Shown: positions 38,825 through 48,469 of the stretch, one piece after another
Layout: every line of letters starts with the position of its first letter
How positions within the stretch are numbered: position 1 is the first letter of the stretch
The notes under the pieces: model-generated
Told to the model about the DNA's origin: nothing
Database searches by the model: none
What the model saw: only the letters and a program-made list of their open reading frames with translations
Translations under genes and position numbers: made by a program
Source: Candidatus Nanohaloarchaea archaeon
Lineage (GTDB): Archaea; Nanohalarchaeota; Nanosalinia; Nanosalinales; Nanosalinaceae
Assembly (NCBI GenBank): GCA_042218325.1
Contig: JBDGRE010000001.1
Location: 4,356-68,355 of the forward strand
Direction: 5' to 3'
DNA length: 64,000 bases

Positions 38825-39441
38825 CAGTCCGAGAACATCTCGTCTCCGGCGTCCAGAACGTCGCTGCGTTTGAGTTGAGGGAAGTCCTCGACGTAGTTCT
38901 CGGTCTCCAGTCTCTGCCCGATATGGTAGGCGAACGCGTAGCCGAGCCAGCGCGGGAACCGCTCGCTACCCTCAAACAGGGAGCCCCAGTCCGAGTTCTC
39001 GCTTAACGCTTCCCGGACCACGGGCCAGAGCTCCTCGAGCTCGTGGTCGCTGAACTTCCGGGCCCGCGGCGGCTTACCCGGGTACATCTTCTCCGCGAAG
39101 ACGTAGGCCTGGGCCTCGAACAGCAGTGTCTGCCACTTGAACTCAAGACCCTCCGTTTTTTCGAGGAAATAACTGTGCGCGTACTCGCGGGCGACCACGG
39201 TTTTCAGCCTTTCCTGCCAGCCGTCGGTGTCGGCGTTGAACTCGACGGAGAAGTAGCCGGGCGATACCTCGGTGGAGTTCGCGCCGCCGAGCTCCTCCCT
39301 CACCATGCTGCCGCCCCAGGCGATACCGGCCTCGATATCGTTCTCGTGCTCCATAGCTGCCTTGCAGGCCTCGAGGGCATCTTCCACGACCTGCCGGGCC
39401 TTCCCCAGCTCGTGCTCCCGCGGCCTAATCGAGTAGTTCAT
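38824..39441 (-). CDS. DUF2268-like putative metalloprotease homolog
   Basis: REYAH (degenerate HExxH), EAQAYVFA, PRWLGYAFAY. Confidence 0.7.
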   Translation of the reverse strand: MNYSIRPREHELGKARQVVEDALEACKAAMEHENDIEAGIAWGGSMVREELGGANSTEVSPGYFSVEFNADTDGWQERLKTVVAREYAHSYFLEKTEGLEFKWQTLLFEAQAYVFAEKMYPGKPPRARKFSDHELEELWPVVREALSENSDWGSLFEGSERFPRWLGYAFAYHIGQRLETENYVEDFPQLKRSDVLDAGDEMFSD

Positions 39442-39998
39442 CCTTTCTCCTTCCACTTGATGCTGCAGCCCTGCGAAGGTTTTTGCTCTCCCGGCGGGTC
39501 ACGCCTCTTCAGCATACCCTCGATGACCTGCTTCATCTCCCGTTCCTTGACTTCCTCGTCAGGGTTCATGCGGTCGTTCAGCCGGCCGTGGTAGTACAGC
39601 CTGTGGCGCCAGTCCAGCAGGAAAGGATCGGGCGTGCAGCGTGCATCATAGGCCCTGGCTACTTCCTGTTCCGGGTCCGCGAGGTAGTAGAAGTTGCTGC
39701 TTTCGAGGTCGTTCTCCTCCACGAACTCTTCCATCTTCCCGACCGAGTCCTCGGGTTTCGTTTCCGCGTTCGGGTTGATGCCGACGACCGCGACCGAGGA
39801 GAACTCGCCGGTCAGCTTCCTGAGCTCCTCTACCTGCGCCTTCACGTACGGGCAGTGGTTGCACATGAAGACCACGAGAACGCCGTCGTAGTTGTCCAGG
39901 TCGGAGAGCGAGACCTTTTCGCCCGTGTAGCTCTCGAGCTCGAACCCGGGCGCTTTTTCTCTCCGCGAAAGCGAGGACTCGGACTCTGTAACTGTCAT
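39438..39998 (-). CDS. Thioredoxin/AhpC-TSA family protein
   Basis: FMCNHCPYV, CTPD, SQGCSIKW. Confidence 0.92.
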   Translation of the reverse strand: MTVTESESSLSRREKAPGFELESYTGEKVSLSDLDNYDGVLVVFMCNHCPYVKAQVEELRKLTGEFSSVAVVGINPNAETKPEDSVGKMEEFVEENDLESSNFYYLADPEQEVARAYDARCTPDPFLLDWRHRLYYHGRLNDRMNPDEEVKEREMKQVIEGMLKRRDPPGEQKPSQGCSIKWKEKG

Positions 39999-40004
39999 GG
40001 AAAG

Positions 40005-40286
40005 TTATTCTGGCGGCACCTTCAAGTCTCCTTCGACCAGCCCGGAGAAAACTTTCCAGGCCTCCAGGTCCTCCACCGTCACCTTCTCTTCCTCGTAGTC
40101 CCTGAAAACCACGGTGTTGGCCCAGGCGTTGAACTCGAACCTTCTTCCGCGGTACTCGAGGCTCTCGTGATCCTTGTCCCGGTACTCGATTCCGCCGTAC
40201 TCCAGCGATTTCTCTACCTCATCAAGGCCGACCCCGTCCCTGAATCTCCATACCTGCGGCCTCTGGTAGGTCGAATCCCTGTCCAT
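40005..40286 (-). CDS. Hypothetical protein
   Basis: Acidic ORF MDRDSTYQRP..., divergent from fba. Confidence 0.5.
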   Translation of the reverse strand: MDRDSTYQRPQVWRFRDGVGLDEVEKSLEYGGIEYRDKDHESLEYRGRRFEFNAWANTVVFRDYEEEKVTVEDLEAWKVFSGLVEGDLKVPPE

Positions 40287-40306
40287 CACCGGGAAGGATT
40301 GCCACC

Positions 40307-40318
40307 ACAAGTTTAAAC
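40307..40318 (+). promoter_or_regulatory. TATA-like box in the divergent spacer upstream of fba
   Basis: AAGTTTAAAC about 30 nt before the ATG at 40345, consistent with a near-leaderless archaeal promoter. Confidence 0.5.
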
Positions 40319-40344
40319 AGATACCAGTCGTAATACTACGTATT

Positions 40345-41166
40345 ATGAAAGAGTTCGAGGACTCCCCGATCCAGCGGAACGGAAACTCCCTGATACTCGC
40401 GTATGACCACGGAACGGAGCACGGCCCGGTCGACTTCGAGCCGATGCCGGAGTCGGCGGACCCGGCGCACGTCTTCGAGGTGTCCCGGCACAGCGCGGTG
40501 ACCGCGATAGCGCTCCAGAAGGGGAACGCCGAGTACTTCCGCCAGTGGGAGAAAGAGAACGGGGTCGATGATGCCGCACCTCTCCTCGTGAAGCTGAACG
40601 GCAACTCCAACCTCGCGAAGCGCGACGACTACTTCTCGCCGAAGCAGTGCTCGGTCGAGTACGCGGTAGAAGAACTCGATGCGGCGGCGATAGGCTATAC
40701 CATGTATGCGGGCAGCCTCCACGAGGACAGGATGTGGCAGGAATTCCGCGAGGTCCAGGAGGAGGCCCGCGAGCACGGCGTTCCCGTAGTGCTGTGGAGC
40801 TACCCGCGCGGCAAGGGCATCGAGGAGAACCCGGATTACGATGGCCAGAAAGACCCGGATGTCGTGGCGTACGGTGCCCGTCTCGGCCTTGAGCTCGGCG
40901 CGGACATGGTGAAGTGCAAGTATCCTGGCTCGAAGGAGGACTGGCAGCAGCTTGAAGACGTCGTCGGCGACCTGAAGACGGTGATGAGCGGTGGCTCGAA
41001 GCGCAGCGACAGGGAGTTCCTGGAGGACGTCCACGATACAGTCTCGGCGGGCGGCAACGGCCTCGCGGTCGGCCGCAACATCTTCCAGCGCGAGCATCCG
41101 GAGCCGATACTCGACAGCCTGGAAAAAGTCATATTCGAGGGCAAGTCTTCTGGAGAGGTCCTGTAG
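40345..41166 (+). CDS. fba: Class I fructose-bisphosphate aldolase (DhnA type)
   Basis: AYDHGTEHGP, WSYPRG, ELGADMVKCKY, AVGRNIFQ. Confidence 0.93.
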   Translation: MKEFEDSPIQRNGNSLILAYDHGTEHGPVDFEPMPESADPAHVFEVSRHSAVTAIALQKGNAEYFRQWEKENGVDDAAPLLVKLNGNSNLAKRDDYFSPKQCSVEYAVEELDAAAIGYTMYAGSLHEDRMWQEFREVQEEAREHGVPVVLWSYPRGKGIEENPDYDGQKDPDVVAYGARLGLELGADMVKCKYPGSKEDWQQLEDVVGDLKTVMSGGSKRSDREFLEDVHDTVSAGGNGLAVGRNIFQREHPEPILDSLEKVIFEGKSSGEVL

Positions 41167-42021
41167 ATGCAGGAGAAACAGGTAGTCGAAGAGATCGTCC
41201 AGGCGGTCGCCTCGGCCGCACCCCACATATCCTCGGGCCTGATGCACCGCCGGGAGTACGTCGGCGAGCAGAACCCCTCGCAGGAAAAACAGATGGAGGC
41301 GGACGTCTGGGCCAACGAGATACTGAAAGAAGAGCTGACATCCATCGAGGGCGTCGGGCAGTTCGCCTCGGAGGAAGAGGAAACGATCACGGAGTGCGGC
41401 GAAGGCCTTTCTGTTACGGTCGACCCGCTCGACGGCTCCTCCAACATCCCGACCAACAACCTCGTCGGGACCATAGTCGGCATCTACGACGCCGAGCTTC
41501 CCGCGAAGGGTGAGGACCTTGTCGCGGCGTTCTACGTGGTCTACGGCCCGTTGACGACCATGATGTTCTCGGACGGCGACCAGGTGAACGAGTACGTCAT
41601 TGAGGAGAAGCAGGACGACAGCGTCGAGATGGTGCTGGCCTCGGAGGACGTAGAGATCGACCGCGCCAAAGTCTACGGCTTCGGCGGCAACAGGAACTGG
41701 ACAGAAGAGTTCCGCGAATTCGAGTCGGAGATACAGCAGGAACACAAGCTCCGGTACGGCGGCGCTTTCGTGGGCGACATCAACCAGGTTATGCACCACG
41801 GCGGCATCTTCGCGTACCCGGAGCGCACGGATGCGCCGAACGGGAAGCTAAGACTGCTTTTCGAGGCGAATCCAGTCGCATACATCGTTGAAAACGCTGG
41901 AGGAGCGTCAAGCGACGGCGATGAATCTATACTCGAGGTAGAGCCCGGGGAAATCCACCAGCGCGTCCCGCTGCACGTCGGCCACCCTGATATGGTGGAA
42001 AAGCTGGAGAAATCGGTCTGA
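41167..42021 (+). CDS. fbp: Class 1 fructose-1,6-bisphosphatase
   Basis: ASEE, DPLDGSSN, RYGGAFVGD, KLRLLFEANP. Confidence 0.96.
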   Translation: MQEKQVVEEIVQAVASAAPHISSGLMHRREYVGEQNPSQEKQMEADVWANEILKEELTSIEGVGQFASEEEETITECGEGLSVTVDPLDGSSNIPTNNLVGTIVGIYDAELPAKGEDLVAAFYVVYGPLTTMMFSDGDQVNEYVIEEKQDDSVEMVLASEDVEIDRAKVYGFGGNRNWTEEFREFESEIQQEHKLRYGGAFVGDINQVMHHGGIFAYPERTDAPNGKLRLLFEANPVAYIVENAGGASSDGDESILEVEPGEIHQRVPLHVGHPDMVEKLEKSV

Positions 42022-42072
42022 ACCGGCCGCAAGCAGCCCAAAAGATTTAAAACCTTTCTCAAAATTGTAGAT

Positions 42073-42444
42073 ATGGCCAAGGCCGGAGATAGCGCTGGCG
42101 ACAGAGGATCAAGAGGTGTTGAAGGCCTCCAGAATTTCTACGACAGTTTTGAGGGGCTTGTAACCGATTTAAAGGATGGTTACGACTCTACGTTCTACCT
42201 CACCGATCCTTCACAGGATATACCGGATGAAGGAGACGTACTCGTGCTCCTCGGCGATGAACTATGGGGTAAGGACGACGAACTTTCCCGGGTGACGGAG
42301 ATGCTGGAAGAGACCGGCCAGGACTTCGTTATCCCGCGTTCCAAGTACGGCAGCCCGCTACCAGGGGTCACGACAGTTTCAAGGGACCGGTTCGAAAGCG
42401 CGTGGGCAGGCGCCTACGGCAAGGCCCTTTACTTCCGGCAGTGA
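42073..42444 (+). CDS. Hypothetical protein
   Basis: Acidic ORF preceded by AAAGATTTAAAA BRE/TATA-like element. Confidence 0.6.
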   Translation: MAKAGDSAGDRGSRGVEGLQNFYDSFEGLVTDLKDGYDSTFYLTDPSQDIPDEGDVLVLLGDELWGKDDELSRVTEMLEETGQDFVIPRSKYGSPLPGVTTVSRDRFESAWAGAYGKALYFRQ

Positions 42445-42464
42445 CCGGCTTCCCGGTTCCGCGA

Positions 42465-44786
42465 CTACTCGAAGTAGTCCAAGACGTTCTCGCGGTCGAA
42501 GATGTTCTCCTGGCCGACCTGCTTCTTCAGCTTCTCGGCGGTGCGCTTACCGATCAGCTTCTTCAATTTTTCAAACGAGGTCTCCCGGATATCCTCCCGC
42601 GACCTGACACCGTGGTCGTACAGCTTCCTCGCCCTGACGCGTCCTATCTGGTCGTACTTCACGAGCGCCAGCAGCTCCTCCTCGATACCGTGCTTCAGCC
42701 GTAGCCGGACGCGTTCCAGCTCCTTCTCCACGTCTCCCTTAACGCCCTCCATCCGCGCGAGCTCCTTCGCGGCGTAAAGCAGCCAGTCCGCGTTCTGCAT
42801 CTTTGCCCGTATTCCCCCGGGCGCGATACCGTACTTCTCCATGAGCCGCTCCTCGTCGAGCTCCGACATCCAGCCCTGCATCATCATCGACGTCTTCATG
42901 CACTCCAGGAAGTGGTCGTACCTGGGCTCCCACTCCTCCGGCACCTCTTCCAGGATGTACTCCTCCGCGTCCACCAGCTCCTGCGCGATATCGGAGTACT
43001 CGTCGTCCTTCACCCGGAGCCTCGGGGTCATCTCCGAGGTGCGCGCAAGCATGAAAAGAAACGTGATGGGCCGCGTATCCCTGTCACCCGATTTTTCCAG
43101 GGTCTCGAGGATGTGGTGCGCGGAGTCCGGGTCGATGTACAGCTCGGATACACGCTTCCCGACTTCGGTCGCCTTCATATCATCGCTCTCCAGAAAGCCG
43201 TACTCCCGCAGCTGCTCCACCACTTCCTCGACCGTTCTTTCGACCTCTTCGAGGCCGTCGACCGAGGAGAACTGGTGGGCGTAGAACGTCTTCTTGTAGA
43301 ACTCCTTGAGATCGGGCATCGAGGTGCAGAACCTTGACGCGACGAGCGACAGGGTATGCATCCGGAGGACCGGCTCCGCGTTCAGCTTCGACTGTATCCG
43401 CTCCGGCTCCCCGGCGATGTACCGCTCCAGTATCTCATCCTTGTCACCGGACTTCGCGATGCTAATCGCCTCGCCGCGGTCGTCGTACCTCGGCCTTCCG
43501 GCCCGGCCGGTCATCTGCTCGTACTCGAGCACCGGGATGTACTCCATGCCGCGGCCGGTGTACCGCTTCAGGTCGCGGATGATGACCCTGAACGCGGGTA
43601 GGTTGACGCCTGCGGCCAGTGTCGGGGTGGCGGAGACGGTCCTGACAAGTCCGTCCCGGAAGGCCTCCTCCACCAGGGACCGTTGCTCGGGCAGCAGCCC
43701 GGCGTGGTGGAACGCCGCACCTTTCCTGATGTTCTCGGCCAGTCGCTCGCACTGCGACGTCGGCGAGCCGAGCACCGACTCGATGCGGTCCGCGTAGTCC
43801 TCCAGCTCCTTCCTCTCCTCGCGCGACAGGTCTTCGCCGGTCGGTCCCGTGGCCCTGTCCGATGATTTCTCCGAGCCCTTCCGCGAGGAGCAGAATATGA
43901 TGCACTGCTTTTCCAGTTGCAGCGTGTCCTCGATCAGGTTCAGAGTTCCCCTGCCGTGCCTGTCGTCGACGAAGTAGGTGTGCGACTCTATCTCGTCCTT
44001 TTCCTCGTCTTTTACCTCGTTGCCTGTGGAGAACGGGCTGTCCTCTTCGGGCTCCAGGTCGCTGCCCTCCACTCCTGCCCCTATGTCTTCCTTCTCGACG
44101 TCCTCGGGGTAGAACTCGACCTCGTTGCCATGGTAGATACCATGTTTCAGCTCTACCGGCCGATAATCGCTCTCCACCAGCTCCGCGTCCAGCCAGTCCG
44201 CGAGCTCGTAGGAGTTGGAGATGGTCGCTGAAAGGCCGAGCATCTGGAACGCCGGGGAATCCGTGGAGCTCCCCGTGCCGATGATGTCCCGCAGTCTCGA
44301 TATGGTGACCTCCAGCGTGGGTCCCCGTTCCGGGCTCGTCAGGAGGTGTATCTCGTCGACCACGACCAGGCCTATCTCGTGTATCCACGACGGGTTGTGC
44401 CGGAGCATCGAGTCCAGTTTCTCGGAGGTCGCCACGATGATATCCGCGGTCTCCAGCCCGGTACCGGAGTCGTCGTAGTCGCCCACGGACATCCTCACAT
44501 CGAGGTCGCTGTACCGCTCGGAGAAATCCTGGTACTTCTCTGACGCGAGCGCTTTCAGCGGCACGATATAGACCGCCTTCTTATCGTTTTTCTTCACCTG
44601 GTTGACCATCGCCAGCTCCGCGATGAAGGTCTTCCCCGAGGCGGTCGGCGACGCGACCACCATGTCCTCGCCGTCCATAAGACCCGCGTCAACTGCGTCG
44701 CGCTGCGGAGGGTTCAGGTCCGTGATACCCTCCTCGATGAAGTCCTGCTTGATGCCGTCAGGTATCTCCAGATTTTCTACTTTCAC
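42465..44786 (-). CDS. hel308: Ski2-like SF2 DNA helicase Hel308/Hjm
   Basis: PTASGKT, DEIH, LSAT, FHHAGL, QMTGRAGRP, C-terminal HhH. Confidence 0.95.
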   Translation of the reverse strand: MKVENLEIPDGIKQDFIEEGITDLNPPQRDAVDAGLMDGEDMVVASPTASGKTFIAELAMVNQVKKNDKKAVYIVPLKALASEKYQDFSERYSDLDVRMSVGDYDDSGTGLETADIIVATSEKLDSMLRHNPSWIHEIGLVVVDEIHLLTSPERGPTLEVTISRLRDIIGTGSSTDSPAFQMLGLSATISNSYELADWLDAELVESDYRPVELKHGIYHGNEVEFYPEDVEKEDIGAGVEGSDLEPEEDSPFSTGNEVKDEEKDEIESHTYFVDDRHGRGTLNLIEDTLQLEKQCIIFCSSRKGSEKSSDRATGPTGEDLSREERKELEDYADRIESVLGSPTSQCERLAENIRKGAAFHHAGLLPEQRSLVEEAFRDGLVRTVSATPTLAAGVNLPAFRVIIRDLKRYTGRGMEYIPVLEYEQMTGRAGRPRYDDRGEAISIAKSGDKDEILERYIAGEPERIQSKLNAEPVLRMHTLSLVASRFCTSMPDLKEFYKKTFYAHQFSSVDGLEEVERTVEEVVEQLREYGFLESDDMKATEVGKRVSELYIDPDSAHHILETLEKSGDRDTRPITFLFMLARTSEMTPRLRVKDDEYSDIAQELVDAEEYILEEVPEEWEPRYDHFLECMKTSMMMQGWMSELDEERLMEKYGIAPGGIRAKMQNADWLLYAAKELARMEGVKGDVEKELERVRLRLKHGIEEELLALVKYDQIGRVRARKLYDHGVRSREDIRETSFEKLKKLIGKRTAEKLKKQVGQENIFDRENVLDYFE

Positions 44787-44866
44787 GTATTTCCAGCCGC
44801 GTCTAATCCTTATCAGCTAACCGGTCGCCGCAGGCTTTAACCGCGCGTGCACTTAGAAATTAGTAC

Positions 44867-45229
44867 ATGAATCTTGAGAGGATTTTCGACTACAGGCAAG
44901 AGGCGGCACTCTACGGCCTCGCGACCGTTTTCCTGCTCGCAGGAGTATCGAAGTTTTTCACTCCATCGCTCTGGACAGGCTACGAACCCGGCTTCGTGAC
45001 CGGGCTGCTTCCGCTTACCGCGAAACAGTTCACGTACGCCGCGGGACACCTTGAGGGCCTGATAGGGCTGCTGCTTTTCTTCGACTACCGCACCCGCAAG
45101 GTCGCCTCGATAGCCACGCTCTGGCTGCTGGCGATAACCATATCCGTAGCTACGATGCAGCTCTGGACCATCGCCCTACGCGACCTCGGACTGGTAGCGC
45201 TGGCTTACACAGTGGCGGCAGGAGATTGA
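44867..45229 (+). CDS. DoxX-like membrane protein
   Basis: FLLAGVSKF, EGLIGLLL, RDLGL. Confidence 0.75.
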   Translation: MNLERIFDYRQEAALYGLATVFLLAGVSKFFTPSLWTGYEPGFVTGLLPLTAKQFTYAAGHLEGLIGLLLFFDYRTRKVASIATLWLLAITISVATMQLWTIALRDLGLVALAYTVAAGD

Positions 45230-45394
45230 TCACCGGTACCTTTCCAGCCCCGCTTCCGCAAGGTAGAAGGAGACAAGGAACGGCAGGAGCTCGGGTATCT
45301 TCGAGGGCCTGTTCGACTTCCTGGCGAGCGTCCTCCCCTTCTGAATGCCGGGCCGGTGAAGGAACTATAAAGGGAGAGCTCAAGCTTGTATTGT

Positions 45395-48300
45395 ATGCCG
45401 GCTTGCAGGAAATCCTACGTCGTTCTTGCCGTGATGCTCCTTTTCAGCTTCGTGGCGGCAGGCCAGCTTTTCAGCTCGGAAGAGAGTGTGACTGTAGACG
45501 ACGGGAAGCAGGCGACACGGAACGCGTCCCACCTCCCCGAAATCGCGTTCCTCGGCAGCAACCTGGAGCTCCAGAACTCGAACGGTAATCCTGGACACGT
45601 CCTGAACCTGACCAATGTCTCGGGCGTCGCAAATTCTTCGGGCGAACACCTGTCGACCAGCAACGTGAGCCGGTTGAAAGGTGAGGGCAGGTATATAGTC
45701 AGGAATGAGACAGATACGCTGGAGAACTACACCGTGGACCTGGTCTCGGACAGCTCGGATATCATCGGCCGCATCAAGTCAGGTGAAGACCTTACCACGA
45801 CAGACCTCGAGCTGAGGTACTGGCTGAACAATTCACGGATTAATACCTCAGGAAGCCTTATCGATACTAAAGGCCCGGCGAAATGGCAGGCGGGCGAGTA
45901 CATCTACAGGGTAAACACCACCAGCACCGGGAAGCTCTGGATCGGGGTCAACTCCAGCAAGGGCGGTGACTTCTACGCCGCCTCCGCGGGGAAGAAGGAG
46001 CCGAGGATAACAGATTTCCCCGTGATACAGCTCAGCGGAAATGTCTCCGGCAGGATAGTGAATGAGACGGGTTCAGGGGTCGCCGACGTAAAGGTCAGGA
46101 TAACGGGGATGACCAGCTCACCCCTCATGGTGAAGAGGCTGCCGTACGTCCAGAGGCCGCCTATCAGAACCGATATGACCGACAGCAAGGGCCACTTCAA
46201 CTTTACCGGGCTGCAGTCCGGCCTCGGCTACAGCGTCGAGGTCACCAACTCCACTTACAGGAGGACGAACTCCACGCCGTTCGGGGCAGATGTCTCGCTC
46301 TCCCCCGATGCCGCGGTTGACGCCGGTGAGTTCGAAGTTTCCTCGGCGCTCGGCGGTATCAACGCCACGGTCGACGCGCCGCCTGCTGACGGTGTCAGGT
46401 ACGGTATGATCGCCGGCAACAGGGAGACCGGCAAGGGCTACATGGAGCCCGTCAGCGCGGCCAAAGGGACGCAGGACGTCTTCTTTGGAAACATCCCGAA
46501 CGGCAGCTACACGGTCTTGATGTTCAGGATCGACACGCGGGGAGGACTGTTGTCGACCAGCTTCGACAGTATCACGCGCTCCAACGTGACGGTTGAGAAG
46601 GATAAAAATACCACGCTCAGCTTCGCCTTCGAGGAGAAAGTGCTTTTCACGGGTAAAGTTACCAACTCGTCCAACGACCCGGTAACCGGCGTCAGGGTCT
46701 CGGCCGAGAACAGGGCGGAGGCCCAGTATGTGTCCGACTCCACGAATGCGACCGGGCATTACACCTTGAGAGTCGTCAACAACACCGACTACACGCTTGA
46801 GGTGACTCCTCCGTTCGACTCCGACCTCACTGGCAGCTCGACCACGGTTCACGTCGACGCGGCCAAGACCGGCCACGACTTCGTCCTTTCGAACGGTGTT
46901 GTACTGAACGGCACTGTGGAGGACCAGGGCGGCAACCCGGTTGAAGACGCCTTCATAACCGTTTACAACGAGACGAAGGATATCCACAAGTTCGCGAGCG
47001 CAGACAACGGCAGCTTCAGGGTCGAAGGTCTTGAGAGCGGTGTGGGCTACAGCGTCGACATAGACGCCTACAGCGGCGGCGAGAACCATACGACGATAGA
47101 CGCGGTATCAGGGCCTTTCAAGACCAGGAACTTCACTGTAACAGTCCAGAAAGCGACCCTCTCCGGGAAAGTTACCGATACCAACAACAACGGCAAGGGA
47201 GCGAAAGTAGTCGTCGAGAAGGACGATGGCTCACGTGTCACGGATATCACGGACAGCAACGGCGACTACCAGTTCACGGGCCTGAGACAGGGACAGTTCC
47301 TTGAGATAACAGTGAAGCCGAACAGCTCCTCCTACAGGGAGAAAAACGATTACACATATCTCACCGGCGACGAATCGATAAACTTCGAGCTCTCGGTGCC
47401 GGCATACCTCGAGGGCAAAGTCACAGACAGTAAAGGGGATGCGCTGGGCGGTGTCTACGTCTACGCCTACAACTACTCAATGGGGAGCTACGGATGGGTG
47501 GAGACCTCCAGCGACGGAAGCTACAACATCACAGGCCTCAGCCCCGGCCCTCATGATGTCAGGTACTACAGGGACGGCTACCGGAGGGAAAGAAAAAAGG
47601 TGACGGTCACGAAGAAAGACTATCAGGTCTCGCTCAGCGACGGGCAGTCGATGTCCGGTATGGTGCTGGCAAACGGCCAGGACAAGGACCTCGACGGCTA
47701 CATCTCCTTCTGGAACTCCGAGAAGGGCAGCTACGCCTACAGCGAAGTTAACAGCGGCGACTACAGCGTCAGCGGCCTGAAGGACGTCAACCACACGGTC
47801 TGGGTATCCATCGACGGCGACAGCTACGCGCCGAAGCAGCTTACTATCAACAAGCCATCCGACCTCGGAAACAGCAGGAACTTCTCGATCAACACCAACC
47901 AAGGCAAGAAGCTGAAGGTCACGGTCAGGAACAGCAGCGGCATGGTGGTCCCGGCCGCGAGGGTCTCGACCGACTACAGCGAGAAAGAGACAGGCTCGAA
48001 CGGCGTGGCGAAGTTCCCGAAGCAGCCGATAGGAGAGCTGACCGTATCGGCGAACAAGGAAGGATACCGTGGAGCAGTCGACGAGATTAACATCAGCGGC
48101 CCGACATCCAGACTTACCGGGGGCGGTCTGGATAAAGTAAGGGAGAAGAACCTTACCATAAGCAGGATAAACGAGAAGAAGCTGGTGGTCAACGTCACCA
48201 AGAGCACCCGGTCGGGCAAGGCGGTATCGGGAGCGACGGTGTTCTTCGTGTCGAATGAGACCGGTGTCTCGAAGAGCGGTAGCGCCGTGACGGACAGCAA

Positions 48301-48469
48301 CGGCAAGGCGACCGTCGAGCACCTGGCGATGGGGAGCTTCTCGGTCAGCCTCGGCCTCTCTGAGGATAAAGTGTACTCGAACACCACTACCATCGACAGC
48401 GGCGAGACACAGTTCCTCTCGTTCAACGGCAGCAACTACCACCTCGGCTACGAGGTGAAGCCGCAGTGA
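45395..48469 (+). CDS. Large secreted protein with tandem carboxypeptidase-regulatory-like beta-sandwich repeats
   Basis: Signal peptide; repeated GxV.D..G.PV....V...TDSNG.Y...GL units; many N-x-S/T sequons. Confidence 0.85.
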   Translation: MPACRKSYVVLAVMLLFSFVAAGQLFSSEESVTVDDGKQATRNASHLPEIAFLGSNLELQNSNGNPGHVLNLTNVSGVANSSGEHLSTSNVSRLKGEGRYIVRNETDTLENYTVDLVSDSSDIIGRIKSGEDLTTTDLELRYWLNNSRINTSGSLIDTKGPAKWQAGEYIYRVNTTSTGKLWIGVNSSKGGDFYAASAGKKEPRITDFPVIQLSGNVSGRIVNETGSGVADVKVRITGMTSSPLMVKRLPYVQRPPIRTDMTDSKGHFNFTGLQSGLGYSVEVTNSTYRRTNSTPFGADVSLSPDAAVDAGEFEVSSALGGINATVDAPPADGVRYGMIAGNRETGKGYMEPVSAAKGTQDVFFGNIPNGSYTVLMFRIDTRGGLLSTSFDSITRSNVTVEKDKNTTLSFAFEEKVLFTGKVTNSSNDPVTGVRVSAENRAEAQYVSDSTNATGHYTLRVVNNTDYTLEVTPPFDSDLTGSSTTVHVDAAKTGHDFVLSNGVVLNGTVEDQGGNPVEDAFITVYNETKDIHKFASADNGSFRVEGLESGVGYSVDIDAYSGGENHTTIDAVSGPFKTRNFTVTVQKATLSGKVTDTNNNGKGAKVVVEKDDGSRVTDITDSNGDYQFTGLRQGQFLEITVKPNSSSYREKNDYTYLTGDESINFELSVPAYLEGKVTDSKGDALGGVYVYAYNYSMGSYGWVETSSDGSYNITGLSPGPHDVRYYRDGYRRERKKVTVTKKDYQVSLSDGQSMSGMVLANGQDKDLDGYISFWNSEKGSYAYSEVNSGDYSVSGLKDVNHTVWVSIDGDSYAPKQLTINKPSDLGNSRNFSINTNQGKKLKVTVRNSSGMVVPAARVSTDYSEKETGSNGVAKFPKQPIGELTVSANKEGYRGAVDEINISGPTSRLTGGGLDKVREKNLTISRINEKKLVVNVTKSTRSGKAVSGATVFFVSNETGVSKSGSAVTDSNGKATVEHLAMGSFSVSLGLSEDKVYSNTTTIDSGETQFLSFNGSNYHLGYEVKPQ

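Noticed and set aside
42465-44786. Possible intein in Hel308 (or ThyA/LeuRS inserts)
   Set aside because: Inserts are short and lack C/S...HN splice junctions
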